NCBI GenBank assembly: GCA_963788035.1
Contig: CAWBFC010000004.1
Coordinates: forward strand, 17,752-81,751
DNA length: 64,000 nt
Direction of reading: 5' to 3'
Source of the DNA: an uncultured beta proteobacterium
Lineage (GTDB): Bacteria; Pseudomonadota; Gammaproteobacteria; Burkholderiales; Burkholderiaceae_C
Made by a program: the position numbers and the translations under genes. A model generated the notes under the pieces. The model was not told where the DNA came from. It did not search any database and saw only the letters and a list, made by a program, of their open reading frames with translations. Shown here piece after piece: positions 39,138 through 47,715 of this stretch (positions within the stretch are counted from its first letter, which is position 1; every line of letters begins with the position of its first letter).

Positions 39138-40553
39138 ATGCGTTTGTCCGCACCCCCTGTCTTGCCACGGCCACCCACGATGACACCCCACCGTTCCACC
39201 CCCCGGCCCGCCTTTGCCCGGCTGCAGGCCACCGCCAGCCTGCGGCGTCTCGTGCTGGCCGGCCTGCTGCCGCTGCTGCAAGCGTGGCCCATGGGCGCCA
39301 GCGCAGCGCCGCTGGACGACATGCGCCGGCAGGTGGAAGCCGGCCAGTTCGAGCAGGCCTACAGCACGGCGCAGGGCCAGCCGCAGCTGATGGGCGATGT
39401 GCATTTCGACTTTCTCTTCGGCGTGGCCGCCGTCAACACGGGCCGCATCCCCGAGGGTCTGCTCGCGCTGGAACGCCACCTGGCGGCCGTGCCGGCCAAC
39501 GACCGCGCGCGGCTCGAGCTGGCGCGCGGCTACTTCCTGCTCGGTGAATACACGCGGGCGCGCAGCGAGTTCGAGTTCGTGCTGCGCTACAACCCGCCGG
39601 CGGGCGTGCGCGCCAATATCAACGGCTTCCTGCAGGCCATGCAATCGCGCGAGGCGGCCGACCGCCGCGCCAGCGCGCGCCTGTACGCCGAGGTCGGCCT
39701 GGGCCACGACAACAACGTCAACGGCGGCACCTTCCGCGATGAACTGCAGCTGGTCTTCGGCACCATCAGCCTTGCAGGCAGCCCGTCGCGGCAGGTGGCC
39801 GACAGCTATGGGCAGGTGGCCGTGGGCGGGCAGCACCAGACCCGCGTGACGCCGCGGCTGTCGGTGTTCGCCGGGGCCGACCTCGACCACCGTGGCAACG
39901 CCGACGAAACCGCCTACAACCTCACCAACGCGGGCGTGTACGTGGGCTTCACGCAGCTCAGCGCCGGCGCGCTGTGGCGGCTGACGCTGGGCAGCAGCAC
40001 GCTGCAGGTGGGCGGCAACCGCTACCGCAGCACCACGCAGCTCGGGCTGGAAAGCAACCGCTCGCTGGCGGCCGATCTGTCGATGCTGGGTTTTGCCCAG
40101 TACGCCGAGTTCCGCCACGCCGAGGCCGACCGCGTGCGCGACGCCCGCGCCACCACGCTGGGCGTGATGTTCACCCAGGGCTACCCGAACCTGCCCGGGG
40201 CGCCTTCGGTGGGCCTGCGGCTGAGCTGGACGCACGAAGACAACCAGCGCCTGCGTGCCGACCTCGACCGTCACGTGCCGCTGGTGCGCGTCTTCGGCGC
40301 GATGACGCCGATGCCGGGCCTGCGCCTGAGCGTCGGGCTCACCGCCTACCGCCAGATCTTCGGCGGTACCGATCTCGGCTTCGGCACCGACCGCAAGGAC
40401 AGCGCCCTCGCCGGCGACCTGGTGGCCAGCTACGCGCTGGACGAACGCTGGTCGCTGCGCGGCGACGCCGTGTGGTCGCGCAACCGCTCGAACCAGGATC
40501 TCTACGACAGCAGCCGCAAGGCGGTGTCGCTGAAGCTCCGCTACCAGTACTGA
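39138..40553 (+). CDS. TPR + DUF560-type outer-membrane beta-barrel (Slam / type XI secretion-like)
   Basis: The N-terminal TPR reads DRARLELARGYFLLGEYTRARSEFEFVLRYNPPAGVRANINGFLQAMQSRE. The barrel onset is ARLYAEVGLGHDNNVNGG, followed by alternating-polarity strands to the terminal SLKLRYQY. It starts 10 nt after the tpsA stop. Confidence 0.65.
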   Translation: MRLSAPPVLPRPPTMTPHRSTPRPAFARLQATASLRRLVLAGLLPLLQAWPMGASAAPLDDMRRQVEAGQFEQAYSTAQGQPQLMGDVHFDFLFGVAAVNTGRIPEGLLALERHLAAVPANDRARLELARGYFLLGEYTRARSEFEFVLRYNPPAGVRANINGFLQAMQSREAADRRASARLYAEVGLGHDNNVNGGTFRDELQLVFGTISLAGSPSRQVADSYGQVAVGGQHQTRVTPRLSVFAGADLDHRGNADETAYNLTNAGVYVGFTQLSAGALWRLTLGSSTLQVGGNRYRSTTQLGLESNRSLAADLSMLGFAQYAEFRHAEADRVRDARATTLGVMFTQGYPNLPGAPSVGLRLSWTHEDNQRLRADLDRHVPLVRVFGAMTPMPGLRLSVGLTAYRQIFGGTDLGFGTDRKDSALAGDLVASYALDERWSLRGDAVWSRNRSNQDLYDSSRKAVSLKLRYQY

Positions 40554-40561
40554 GGACCGCG

Positions 40562-41779
40562 ATGAACCGCTTCCAGACGATCCGAAGCCGGGCCCGCGGC
40601 TGCGCCCTGCTGCTCGCCCCGCTGTGCCTGCCGACGGCCGCCTGGGCCCAAGCGCCCGCTGCCCCGCCAGCGGCAACCGCGCCGGCAGAGGTGCTGCTGG
40701 TGCAGGCCCAAGGCGACGTGCGCATCAATGGCACGCCCGCGCGCAAGGGCGTGCTGCCCGCCAGCGCCCTGGTGCAGACCGGCGTCGACGGCCGTGTGCA
40801 ACTGCGCACCACGGCGGGCGCGCTCATCGCGCTGCCCGCCGGCAGCGAGATACGCCTGGCAGAGGCCGGCAACACCGTGGCGCTCAACGCTGGTGGCCTG
40901 CGCCTGAGCACCGGCAGCGCCGAGTGGCGCGTGACCCTGCCCGAACGCAGCATCCGCACGCGCGGTTATCTGAAGCTGCAGGCCTGCGGCGCCGGCTGCG
41001 CGCTGCCGCCGGGGATGTACGGTCGCATCGCCCAGGGCGAAGCGGTGCTCGAGTACCAGGGCGGGCGTTCGGTGCTGCGCAGCCGCGACTTCCGCTGGGC
41101 CGATGCCGCCAGCCGCCCCGAGCTGCTGGCCAGCGCGCCGGCCCTGCTGGACGACAGCAGCAACCAGGCCGAGGCCACCCGCGTGCGTGCCGAGGTGGCG
41201 GCCACGCTGCAGGCCGGCATCGCGGCTTTCCGCGACGGCCAGGATGCTGCGGCCTCGCAGGCCTTCGAACGCGTGCGCGCGCTCGCCCCTGGCGAAACCC
41301 TGGTGCCCTATTACCTGGGCCTGCTGGCCCTGAAACGCGCCGACAACGCCGCCGCGGTGCAGCTGCTGCAGCAGTACGCCCGCGAAGACCCCGAGGGCGC
41401 CACCGCGCGCGAAGTGCCACAGACGCTGACGCTGCTGTCCAGCGTGCAGCTGCAGCAGGAGGTGGCCAGCGCCGTGGCGCGCGAGGCCGAGGTGGTGGGC
41501 TCGCCGCCTGAGCCCGGCAGCATTGCCGTGCAGGCCTTCGTCAACAAGGGCGACGCCAACTTCCGCGCCATGGCCAAGGGCCTCGCCGCGATGATCATCG
41601 CCGACCTCAGCAAGGTGCCCGGCCTGAAGGTGCTGGAACGCGAGAAGGTGCAGCTGCTGGTCAACGAAGCCAAGCTCGGCGACAGCGGCCTGGCCGACAC
41701 CGCGTCGGCGGTGCGCTCGGGGCGGCTGATGCGCGCTGAAAAAGTGGTGGTGGGCAATTTCGAGGTGCAACAACCATGA
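40562..41779 (+). CDS. FecR-domain / TPR / CsgG-LpoB-like module periplasmic protein
   Basis: ORF-track 39974..41779 trimmed to ATG 40562 (MNRFQTIRSRARGCALLLAPLCLPTAAWAQ). FecR-like segment is VLLVQAQGDVRINGTPARKGVLPASALVQTGVDGRVQLRTTAGALIALPAGSEIRL. The C-terminal module is SIAVQAFVNKGD...LKVLEREKVQLLVNEAKLGDSGLAD...LMRAEKVVVGNF. Confidence 0.65.
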   Translation: MNRFQTIRSRARGCALLLAPLCLPTAAWAQAPAAPPAATAPAEVLLVQAQGDVRINGTPARKGVLPASALVQTGVDGRVQLRTTAGALIALPAGSEIRLAEAGNTVALNAGGLRLSTGSAEWRVTLPERSIRTRGYLKLQACGAGCALPPGMYGRIAQGEAVLEYQGGRSVLRSRDFRWADAASRPELLASAPALLDDSSNQAEATRVRAEVAATLQAGIAAFRDGQDAAASQAFERVRALAPGETLVPYYLGLLALKRADNAAAVQLLQQYAREDPEGATAREVPQTLTLLSSVQLQQEVASAVAREAEVVGSPPEPGSIAVQAFVNKGDANFRAMAKGLAAMIIADLSKVPGLKVLEREKVQLLVNEAKLGDSGLADTASAVRSGRLMRAEKVVVGNFEVQQP

Positions 41780-43203
41780 AGACCGTGCAGACCCACATCG
41801 CTGCGGCAGCCGCTGTGCTGGCCCTGGGCGCGCTCGGCGTGCCGCAAGCAAAGGCGCAGGCGCCGGCGCCGGCCCCCGCCCCGTCAACCAGCCCGGCGGC
41901 CGTGGCCCTGCCCGCGGGCTTTTCGCTCGAAGGTGCCGTCATCGACAGCCGCAGCGCGCGCAGCCTTGGCGTGGTCAGCGAGCGGGGTGACATCAACGCT
42001 CTCTTTCGCGCCCAGAAGGCCATGACCTTCGGCATCCTGCGCGCGGCCGGCATCCCGCTGGACCAGCTCTCGCCCGAGGTGCGGGCGCGCATCGAACGTT
42101 TCGCCACCACCAACCTGGAGGCCTTCCGCGCCTTCTCGCAGGGGCTGGACCTGAAAGACCAGGGCCGGTATGCCGAGGCCAAAGTCGAGTTCGCGCGCGC
42201 CGCGCAGCTCGACCCCGGTTTTGCGCTGGCCAGCGAACAGCAGCAGGCCATGCCCGAGGTGAGCCTGGGCAGCGGTGTGCAGACCCGAGCCGTGCTGCTG
42301 GCCGCCGCCGGTGCCGCGGTGGACCGTGGCCGCGCGGCCTTTGCCGTGGACACCGCGCGCGCCGTGGCGGCCCTGGCCGCCGGGCAGACGGTGGTGACGG
42401 TGCCGCTGGCCAGCACCGCCGAGCAGGCACGCACCAGCGACTTCAGCACCACGCCGCCGGGCTCGGGCACGCAGTTCGTGCCCAATATCGTGGCCGGCAT
42501 CGCCTACACCGCGGTGCTGCCGGGTCTGGGCACGGCCCAGCTTTCAACGCTGAGCGAGTGGCGCTCCGACAGTTTCCGCGTCGGCACCGGCGCCAGCGGC
42601 ACCGTGCTGGAGGCGCTGGGCAGCGTCACCAACCCGGTGGCGCAGATCGGTGGGGCCAGCGCGCAGCCGCTGGACCAGGCCACGCTGGCCGATGGCAGCG
42701 TGGCCTACTGGGGCGCCTGGGTCTCGGCCCCCGGTGCCAGCGCCACGGTCACCGTCGGCGGTACGCCGCTCGTGGCGCCGCAGTTGGGTACCGTGAACTA
42801 CCTGCTGGCCGATGCCACGCGCACCATGCCCGGCACCGGCACCGCCGTGTTCACGCCTCGTGGCGGCACCCTGGCCAACGCCACTGGCACGGTGGCAGTG
42901 AACTTCGCCACGCGCGCCGTGGAGCTGCGCAACCTGGGCTTCGACATCGGCACGCTGAACTTCAGCGGCCTCAACGGCAACGCCACTTTCGATGCGCGCA
43001 TCGCCTCGGGCGGCTTCGGCGGCAACTACAGCGGCGGGCAGTGCAACGGCTGCAGCGGCTTCACGCCGCTGAGCAGCAGCTTCAGCGGCAACTTCGTCGG
43101 CCGCGATGCCGATGGCATGGCCTTCGCCACCTTCCTGCTCACGGGGGGCGGCGGCACCGCCGCCGGCGTGCACCTCTTCACGCGGCCGCCAGCGCAGCCC
43201 TGA
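41776..43203 (+). CDS. Secreted, non-lipidated protein with a C-terminal TbpB/handle-type 8-strand beta-barrel (Slam-cargo-like)
   Basis: Signal peptide AAAAVLALGALGVPQAKAQ has no lipobox Cys. The C-terminus reads VNYLLADATRTMPGTGTAVFTPRGGTLANATGTVAVNFATRAVELRNLGFDIGTLNFSGLNGNATFDARIASGGFGGNY...FSGNFVGRDADGMAFATFLL. This follows the Y-x-G...G-x-a-x-[VL]-x-[VF]-[DN]-F...G-x-F-x-G...G-x-F-[FV]-G pattern of TbpB-like barrels. Its ATG overlaps the previous stop (ATGA 41776-41779). Confidence 0.55.
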   Translation: MKTVQTHIAAAAAVLALGALGVPQAKAQAPAPAPAPSTSPAAVALPAGFSLEGAVIDSRSARSLGVVSERGDINALFRAQKAMTFGILRAAGIPLDQLSPEVRARIERFATTNLEAFRAFSQGLDLKDQGRYAEAKVEFARAAQLDPGFALASEQQQAMPEVSLGSGVQTRAVLLAAAGAAVDRGRAAFAVDTARAVAALAAGQTVVTVPLASTAEQARTSDFSTTPPGSGTQFVPNIVAGIAYTAVLPGLGTAQLSTLSEWRSDSFRVGTGASGTVLEALGSVTNPVAQIGGASAQPLDQATLADGSVAYWGAWVSAPGASATVTVGGTPLVAPQLGTVNYLLADATRTMPGTGTAVFTPRGGTLANATGTVAVNFATRAVELRNLGFDIGTLNFSGLNGNATFDARIASGGFGGNYSGGQCNGCSGFTPLSSSFSGNFVGRDADGMAFATFLLTGGGGTAAGVHLFTRPPAQP

Positions 43204-43220
43204 GCGGCGCAGCCCCTGCG

Positions 43221-44402
43221 CTAGCCCAGGGCCCGGTGCAACGCCTGGGCCAGGTCGGCCTGCAGGTCCGCCACGGCCTCCAGGCCGAGCGAGAAGCGCA
43301 CGAGATGGCCCCGGAGGTGCGGCTGCTGCACAGCGGCCGCGCTTCGCATGCCGCTCAGCTCGTAGGGCACCACCAGGCTGACAGGCCCGGCCCACGAGTA
43401 ACCGATGCAGAAGAGCTGCAGCGCATCGACGAAGGCCTCGACCTGCTGCGCGCCGTAGCGCTCGTGCAGCATCACCGAGAACAGCCCCGCCGCGGCCGTG
43501 CAGTGGCGCTGCCAGTGTTCGTGGCCCGGGCTGCCGGGCAGTGCCGGGTGCAGCACCTGCGCCACCTCGGGGCGCTGGCCGAGCCAGGTGGCCAGGGCAC
43601 GGCCGGCGGCGTCTTGCGCGGCGTAGCGAAGCGGCATGGTAGCGAGTGAGCGCAGCACCAGTTCGGCGTCGTTGCCCGCCACACCCAGGCCCAGGCGCAT
43701 GTGCGTGAGCTTGATGCGTTCGTGCAGGGCGGCGTCGCGCGTGACCACGCTGCCCATCAGCACGTCGCCACCACCGCTGGGGAACTTGGTCAGCGCCTGC
43801 ATCACGATGTCGATGCCGTGCTCGAAGCCACGCAGCGCGATGCCGGCACCCCAGGTGTTGTCGAGCGCCGTGGTCACGCCGCGCGCCTGGGCGGCCGAGG
43901 CCAGCGCGGCCAGATCGGGGAACTCCATGGTCACGGAGCCCGGCGCTTCCAGCCACACAAGCTTGGTGTTCGGGCCCAGCAGCGCGGCAAAGCCGGCGGT
44001 GTCCATGGGGTCGTAGAGCCGGTGGGTGATGCCCCAGCGCGCGAACTCGCCTCGGGCCAGCTGCAGGCTGGGGCCGTAGACGTTGTCGGGCAGCAGCACC
44101 TCGTCGCCCGCCGACAGCAGCGCCTGCCCCACCAACGCCACCGCCGCCAGGCCGCTGGGCACCAGCACGCACTCGGTGCCGCCTTCCAGCGTGGCGATGC
44201 GCTCTTCCAGCGTGAAGGTGGTGGGCGTGCCGTGCAGGCCGTAGGTGTAGCCGTTTTTGTAGCGCCAGTCGCGCGCGCGCATCGCGGCCACGTTCGGGAA
44301 GACCACCGTGCTGGCCTTGTGCACGGGCTCTTGCGGCGCCGCGAAGCCCGCCGGCGGCCGGTAGGCGTGGTGGATGAGTTCGGTGCTGAGGTCGCGTGCC
44401 AT
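43221..44402 (-). CDS. metC: Cystathionine beta-lyase (PLP-dependent, Cys/Met metabolism family)
   Basis: Trimmed to ATG 44402 (MARDLSTELIHH). Contains GLHGTPTTFTLEERIATLEGG, DNTWGAG, and the PLP-Lys context QALTKFPSGGGDVLMG. Confidence 0.85.
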   Translation of the reverse strand: MARDLSTELIHHAYRPPAGFAAPQEPVHKASTVVFPNVAAMRARDWRYKNGYTYGLHGTPTTFTLEERIATLEGGTECVLVPSGLAAVALVGQALLSAGDEVLLPDNVYGPSLQLARGEFARWGITHRLYDPMDTAGFAALLGPNTKLVWLEAPGSVTMEFPDLAALASAAQARGVTTALDNTWGAGIALRGFEHGIDIVMQALTKFPSGGGDVLMGSVVTRDAALHERIKLTHMRLGLGVAGNDAELVLRSLATMPLRYAAQDAAGRALATWLGQRPEVAQVLHPALPGSPGHEHWQRHCTAAAGLFSVMLHERYGAQQVEAFVDALQLFCIGYSWAGPVSLVVPYELSGMRSAAAVQQPHLRGHLVRFSLGLEAVADLQADLAQALHRALG

Positions 44403-44422
44403 GCGCTTGCTCCGATGCGGGC

Positions 44423-45859
44423 TCAGACCGGCACGCCGACGAGGTCGTGCCCCTCGGCCGCGACGATGCGGGCACGCGTGAATTCGCCCACCTTCAACGT
44501 CTTGCTGGCCTTCTCGGGTGGCAGCAGGCGCACCACGCCGTCGATCTCGGGCGCGTCGGCATAACTGCGGCCCACGCCGCCCTTGCGGCCCAGCGCAGGC
44601 GCGTGGTCCACCAGCACCTGCATGGTGGCGCCCACGCGGCGCTGCAGGCGCTGCGCCGAGACGGCCTCGGCCACAGCCATGAAGCGCGCGCGGCGCTCTT
44701 CGCGCACTTCCTGCGGCAGCATGCCTGGAATGTCGTTGGCCGCCGCGCCCTTCACGGGCGAGTAGGCGAAACAACCGGCGCGGTCGATGCCGGCCTCCTG
44801 CACGAAGTCGAGCAGGGTCTGGAACTCTTCTTCTGTTTCGCCCGGGAATCCGGCGATGAAGGTGCTGCGCACCACGATCTCGGGGCACAACTCGCGCCAG
44901 CGTTGCAGGCGCTCCAGGTTCTTCTCGCCGCTGGCGGGGCGCTTCATGCGCTTGAGCACATCGGGGTGGGCGTGCTGGAAAGGCACGTCCAGGTAGGGCA
45001 GCACGCGCCCCTGCGCCATCAGCGGCAGGATCTCGTCGACGCTCGGGTAGGGGTAGACGTAGTGCAAACGCACCCAGGCGCCGAAAGGTTCGGCGATCTC
45101 GCCCAGCCGCGTGGCGAGTTCGAGCAGCCGCGTCTTCACCGGCTGGCCGTCGTGGAAGCCGGTGCGGTACTTCACATCCACGCCGAAGGCGCTGGTGTCC
45201 TGGCTCACCACCAGCAATTCCTTGACACCGCTCTCGAAGAGCGCGCGCGCCTCGTTCAGCACATCGCCGATGGGGCGCGAGACGAGGTCGCCACGCATGC
45301 TGGGGATGATGCAGAAGGTGCAGCGGTGGTTGCAGCCCTCGCTGATCTTCAAGTAGGCATAGTGGCGCGGCGTGAGCTTGATGCCGGCAATGCCACGCGC
45401 TTCGGGCACGAGGTCGATGAAGGGATCGTGCGGCTTGGGCACGTGCGTGTGCACGGCATTCATCACCTCCTGCGTGGCGTGCGGGCCCGTCACGGCCAGC
45501 ACGCTGGGGTGCATCTGGCGCACCAGGTTGCCGCCGTCGTCGCCGGCCTTCGCGCCCAGACAGCCGGTGACGATGACCTTGCCGTTGGCGGCCAGGGCCT
45601 CGCCGATGGTGTCCAGGCTCTCCTTCACCGCGTCGTCGATGAAGCCGCAGGTGTTGACGATCACCAGGTCGGCGCCGGCGTAGGTCCGAGAAGTTTCGTA
45701 GCCCTCGGCGCGCAGCTGCGTCAGGATGAGCTCGGAATCGGTGAGCGCCTTGGGGCAGCCCAGCGAGACGAAACCCACGGTGGGGGCTTTGGCGGTGTTC
45801 TGGGCGCTGGCGGTGCCGGCGTCGGTGGTGGAAGCATTCATCGCGCGATTTTCATGCAT
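44423..45859 (-). CDS. rimO: Ribosomal protein S12 methylthiotransferase RimO
   Basis: [16 protein letters not shown] (N-terminal cluster), radical-SAM [11 protein letters not shown], and a TRAM-like C-terminus. The start is 45859 or 45841. Confidence 0.9.
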   Translation of the reverse strand: MHENRAMNASTTDAGTASAQNTAKAPTVGFVSLGCPKALTDSELILTQLRAEGYETSRTYAGADLVIVNTCGFIDDAVKESLDTIGEALAANGKVIVTGCLGAKAGDDGGNLVRQMHPSVLAVTGPHATQEVMNAVHTHVPKPHDPFIDLVPEARGIAGIKLTPRHYAYLKISEGCNHRCTFCIIPSMRGDLVSRPIGDVLNEARALFESGVKELLVVSQDTSAFGVDVKYRTGFHDGQPVKTRLLELATRLGEIAEPFGAWVRLHYVYPYPSVDEILPLMAQGRVLPYLDVPFQHAHPDVLKRMKRPASGEKNLERLQRWRELCPEIVVRSTFIAGFPGETEEEFQTLLDFVQEAGIDRAGCFAYSPVKGAAANDIPGMLPQEVREERRARFMAVAEAVSAQRLQRRVGATMQVLVDHAPALGRKGGVGRSYADAPEIDGVVRLLPPEKASKTLKVGEFTRARIVAAEGHDLVGVPV

Positions 45860-45890
45860 CGCGCGGCGGCTGCGCCGCGGCGGGCTTGCC

Positions 45891-46460
45891 TTACTTCTTC
45901 GGCGGCGCAAAACCCGGCATGCCAGGGAAGAGGCCGCCAGCCGCCTGCATCTGCTCGAAGACGCCGCGGCTTTGTTCGAGGTAGCTGCCCATCATGTTCT
46001 GCAGCGCCGGCGCCTGGCCGGTCATGAACTGCGTCCAGACCTCGGGGCTGAGATGCTTGGGGTCGTACAGGCCCTTGCTCTGGTTCAGGAACTGCGATTG
46101 CAGTTCGCTGAAGGCCTGCAGGTTCTTCTCGATCATCGTGCCCATCACGCCCTGCATGGCATGGCCGTAGAAACGGATGATCTGCGCCAGTGCCGGCGTG
46201 GTGAACATGGGCACGCCGCCCGACTCTTCTTCCAGGATGATCTGCAGCAGGATGCTGCGCGTGAGGTCTTCGCCGGTCTTGGCATCACGCACCTCGAACT
46301 CTTCCGAGGACAGCACCATCTGCTTCACATCGGCCAGCGTGATGTAGCTGCTGGTGTGTGTGTCGTACAGCCGCCGGTTGGGGTACTTCTTGAGCGTGCG
46401 CACCGGGCTGGCTGCGGCCTCGTCGGAGGCGGGGGCCTGGGTGCGGCGGCTGGACGGCAT
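45891..46460 (-). CDS. phaR: Polyhydroxyalkanoate synthesis repressor PhaR
   Basis: [29 protein letters not shown]... is the typical PhaR N-terminus. Confidence 0.9.
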   Translation of the reverse strand: MPSSRRTQAPASDEAAASPVRTLKKYPNRRLYDTHTSSYITLADVKQMVLSSEEFEVRDAKTGEDLTRSILLQIILEEESGGVPMFTTPALAQIIRFYGHAMQGVMGTMIEKNLQAFSELQSQFLNQSKGLYDPKHLSPEVWTQFMTGQAPALQNMMGSYLEQSRGVFEQMQAAGGLFPGMPGFAPPKK

Positions 46461-46540
46461 GCGGGCTTTCCTCGGGGTCTCGCGCCACGGGGCGCCTGCG
46501 GGTCATTCTAGGAGTCGGCCTCTGCGGCCCGGCCGGGGGC

Positions 46541-47434
46541 TTACCCCGGCGGCCCCAGGCCGGCACCCCGCGCAGACCGTGCCGGCGCGGCGCCACCCCA
46601 GGCCACGAAGTGCTGGTTTTCGTAGCCCGGTTTGCCGTAGCGCAGCGGCGCCCCATCGAGCGTGCAGACGCGGCCGCCGGCTGCCGCCAGCACGGCGTGG
46701 CCGGCTGCGGTGTCCCATTCCATCGTGCGACCCAGGCGCGGGTAGACGTCGGCCTCGCCGGCCGCGACCAGGCCGAACTTGAGCGAGGAGCCGGCATTCA
46801 CGCGCGTGGCCACCGGCAAGCCGCCAGACACCGGCGCCAGCCCGCTTTGCACCCATGCCTGCAAAGCGGCCTCGTCGCCATGCGAGCGGCTGGCCGCCAG
46901 GCACCAGCCCGCAGCCGGCACCGCGCGCACGCGCAGCGCTTGCCGTCGCCCCTGCTGCACCAGCCAGGCGCCCTGCCCCACCACGCCGGCATAGAGCCGG
47001 TCGCCCACCGGCTGCAGCACCACGCCCAATACCGGCACACCGTCATGCACGAGGGCGATGTTCACGGTGAACTGGCCGTTGCGTTGTGCAAACTCACGCG
47101 TGCCGTCCAAGGGGTCGACCAGCCAGAAGGTGCGCGCCGCGGCCGGGGCCTCGCCCCGCGAGGCCGCCTCTTCGGCCACCACCGGCCAGGTTGGCGTCAA
47201 GGCCTGCAGGGCGGGCGTGATGAGGGCCTCGGCCCGTTCATCGGCCACCGTCACGGGTGAGGCATCGGCCTTCGACCCGACGGCGAAATCACTGGCGTAG
47301 ATCTCCAGGATCAAGGCCCCGGCAGCACGGGCCAGGGCCTCCACGGCGGTCAGCAGACGCGCCAGTTCCGGGGCCTCGGGCAGGGGCTCGCAAGCCGGGG
47401 CCGACAGGCCCTCATTCGGGGGGGAAATCGTCAA
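46541..47434 (-). CDS. cysQ: 3'(2'),5'-bisphosphate nucleotidase (inositol monophosphatase fold)
   Basis: Contains SPVTVADERAE, WLVDPLDGTREF and WDTAAGHAVL. There is no in-frame ATG near the conserved N-terminus. TTG 47434 or GTG 47473 are candidate starts, and ORF-track 47794 is over-extended. Confidence 0.8.
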   Translation of the reverse strand: MTISPPNEGLSAPACEPLPEAPELARLLTAVEALARAAGALILEIYASDFAVGSKADASPVTVADERAEALITPALQALTPTWPVVAEEAASRGEAPAAARTFWLVDPLDGTREFAQRNGQFTVNIALVHDGVPVLGVVLQPVGDRLYAGVVGQGAWLVQQGRRQALRVRAVPAAGWCLAASRSHGDEAALQAWVQSGLAPVSGGLPVATRVNAGSSLKFGLVAAGEADVYPRLGRTMEWDTAAGHAVLAAAGGRVCTLDGAPLRYGKPGYENQHFVAWGGAAPARSARGAGLGPPG

Positions 47435-47715
47435 AACGGGCGCCGGGCGTGGGGCAGCATGGGAATTCGTCACGGCAAGGCGATGCCTGATTTCACCGCA
47501 AAGACACGCGGGTGTGTCCCAATCTCGTACACCTTGTTGCGAGTACAGAACGTGAACACCGGACCCGCCATCGCCCCCCCGCCCGTCCGCCGCCACCGCC
47601 CGCTGCCGACGGAACCCGTCGTGTTCGCCGTGGCCTTGACGCTGCTCACCCTGGCCATCAACCTGCAAGCCCCGGCCGAGCGCGCCGGCGCCGCCAAGGC
47701 CCAGGCGCCCACCAC

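Noticed and set aside
24954-40676. Very long minus-strand ORFs (24954..29441, 30891..32030, 33672..36653, 37878..40676) opposite tpsA and the Slam-like gene
   Set aside because: Stop-free antisense frames are expected in very GC-rich repetitive coding DNA. The translations are low-complexity A/G/R/D/H strings. The plus strand carries clear TPS, GLUG-like and YDG domains.
43204-43223. Hairpin GCGCAG-ccc-CTGCGC between the convergent cargo gene and metC as a terminator
   Set aside because: It has only a 6-bp stem and a 3-nt loop, has no T-run, and overlaps the metC stop codon. This is too weak to call.
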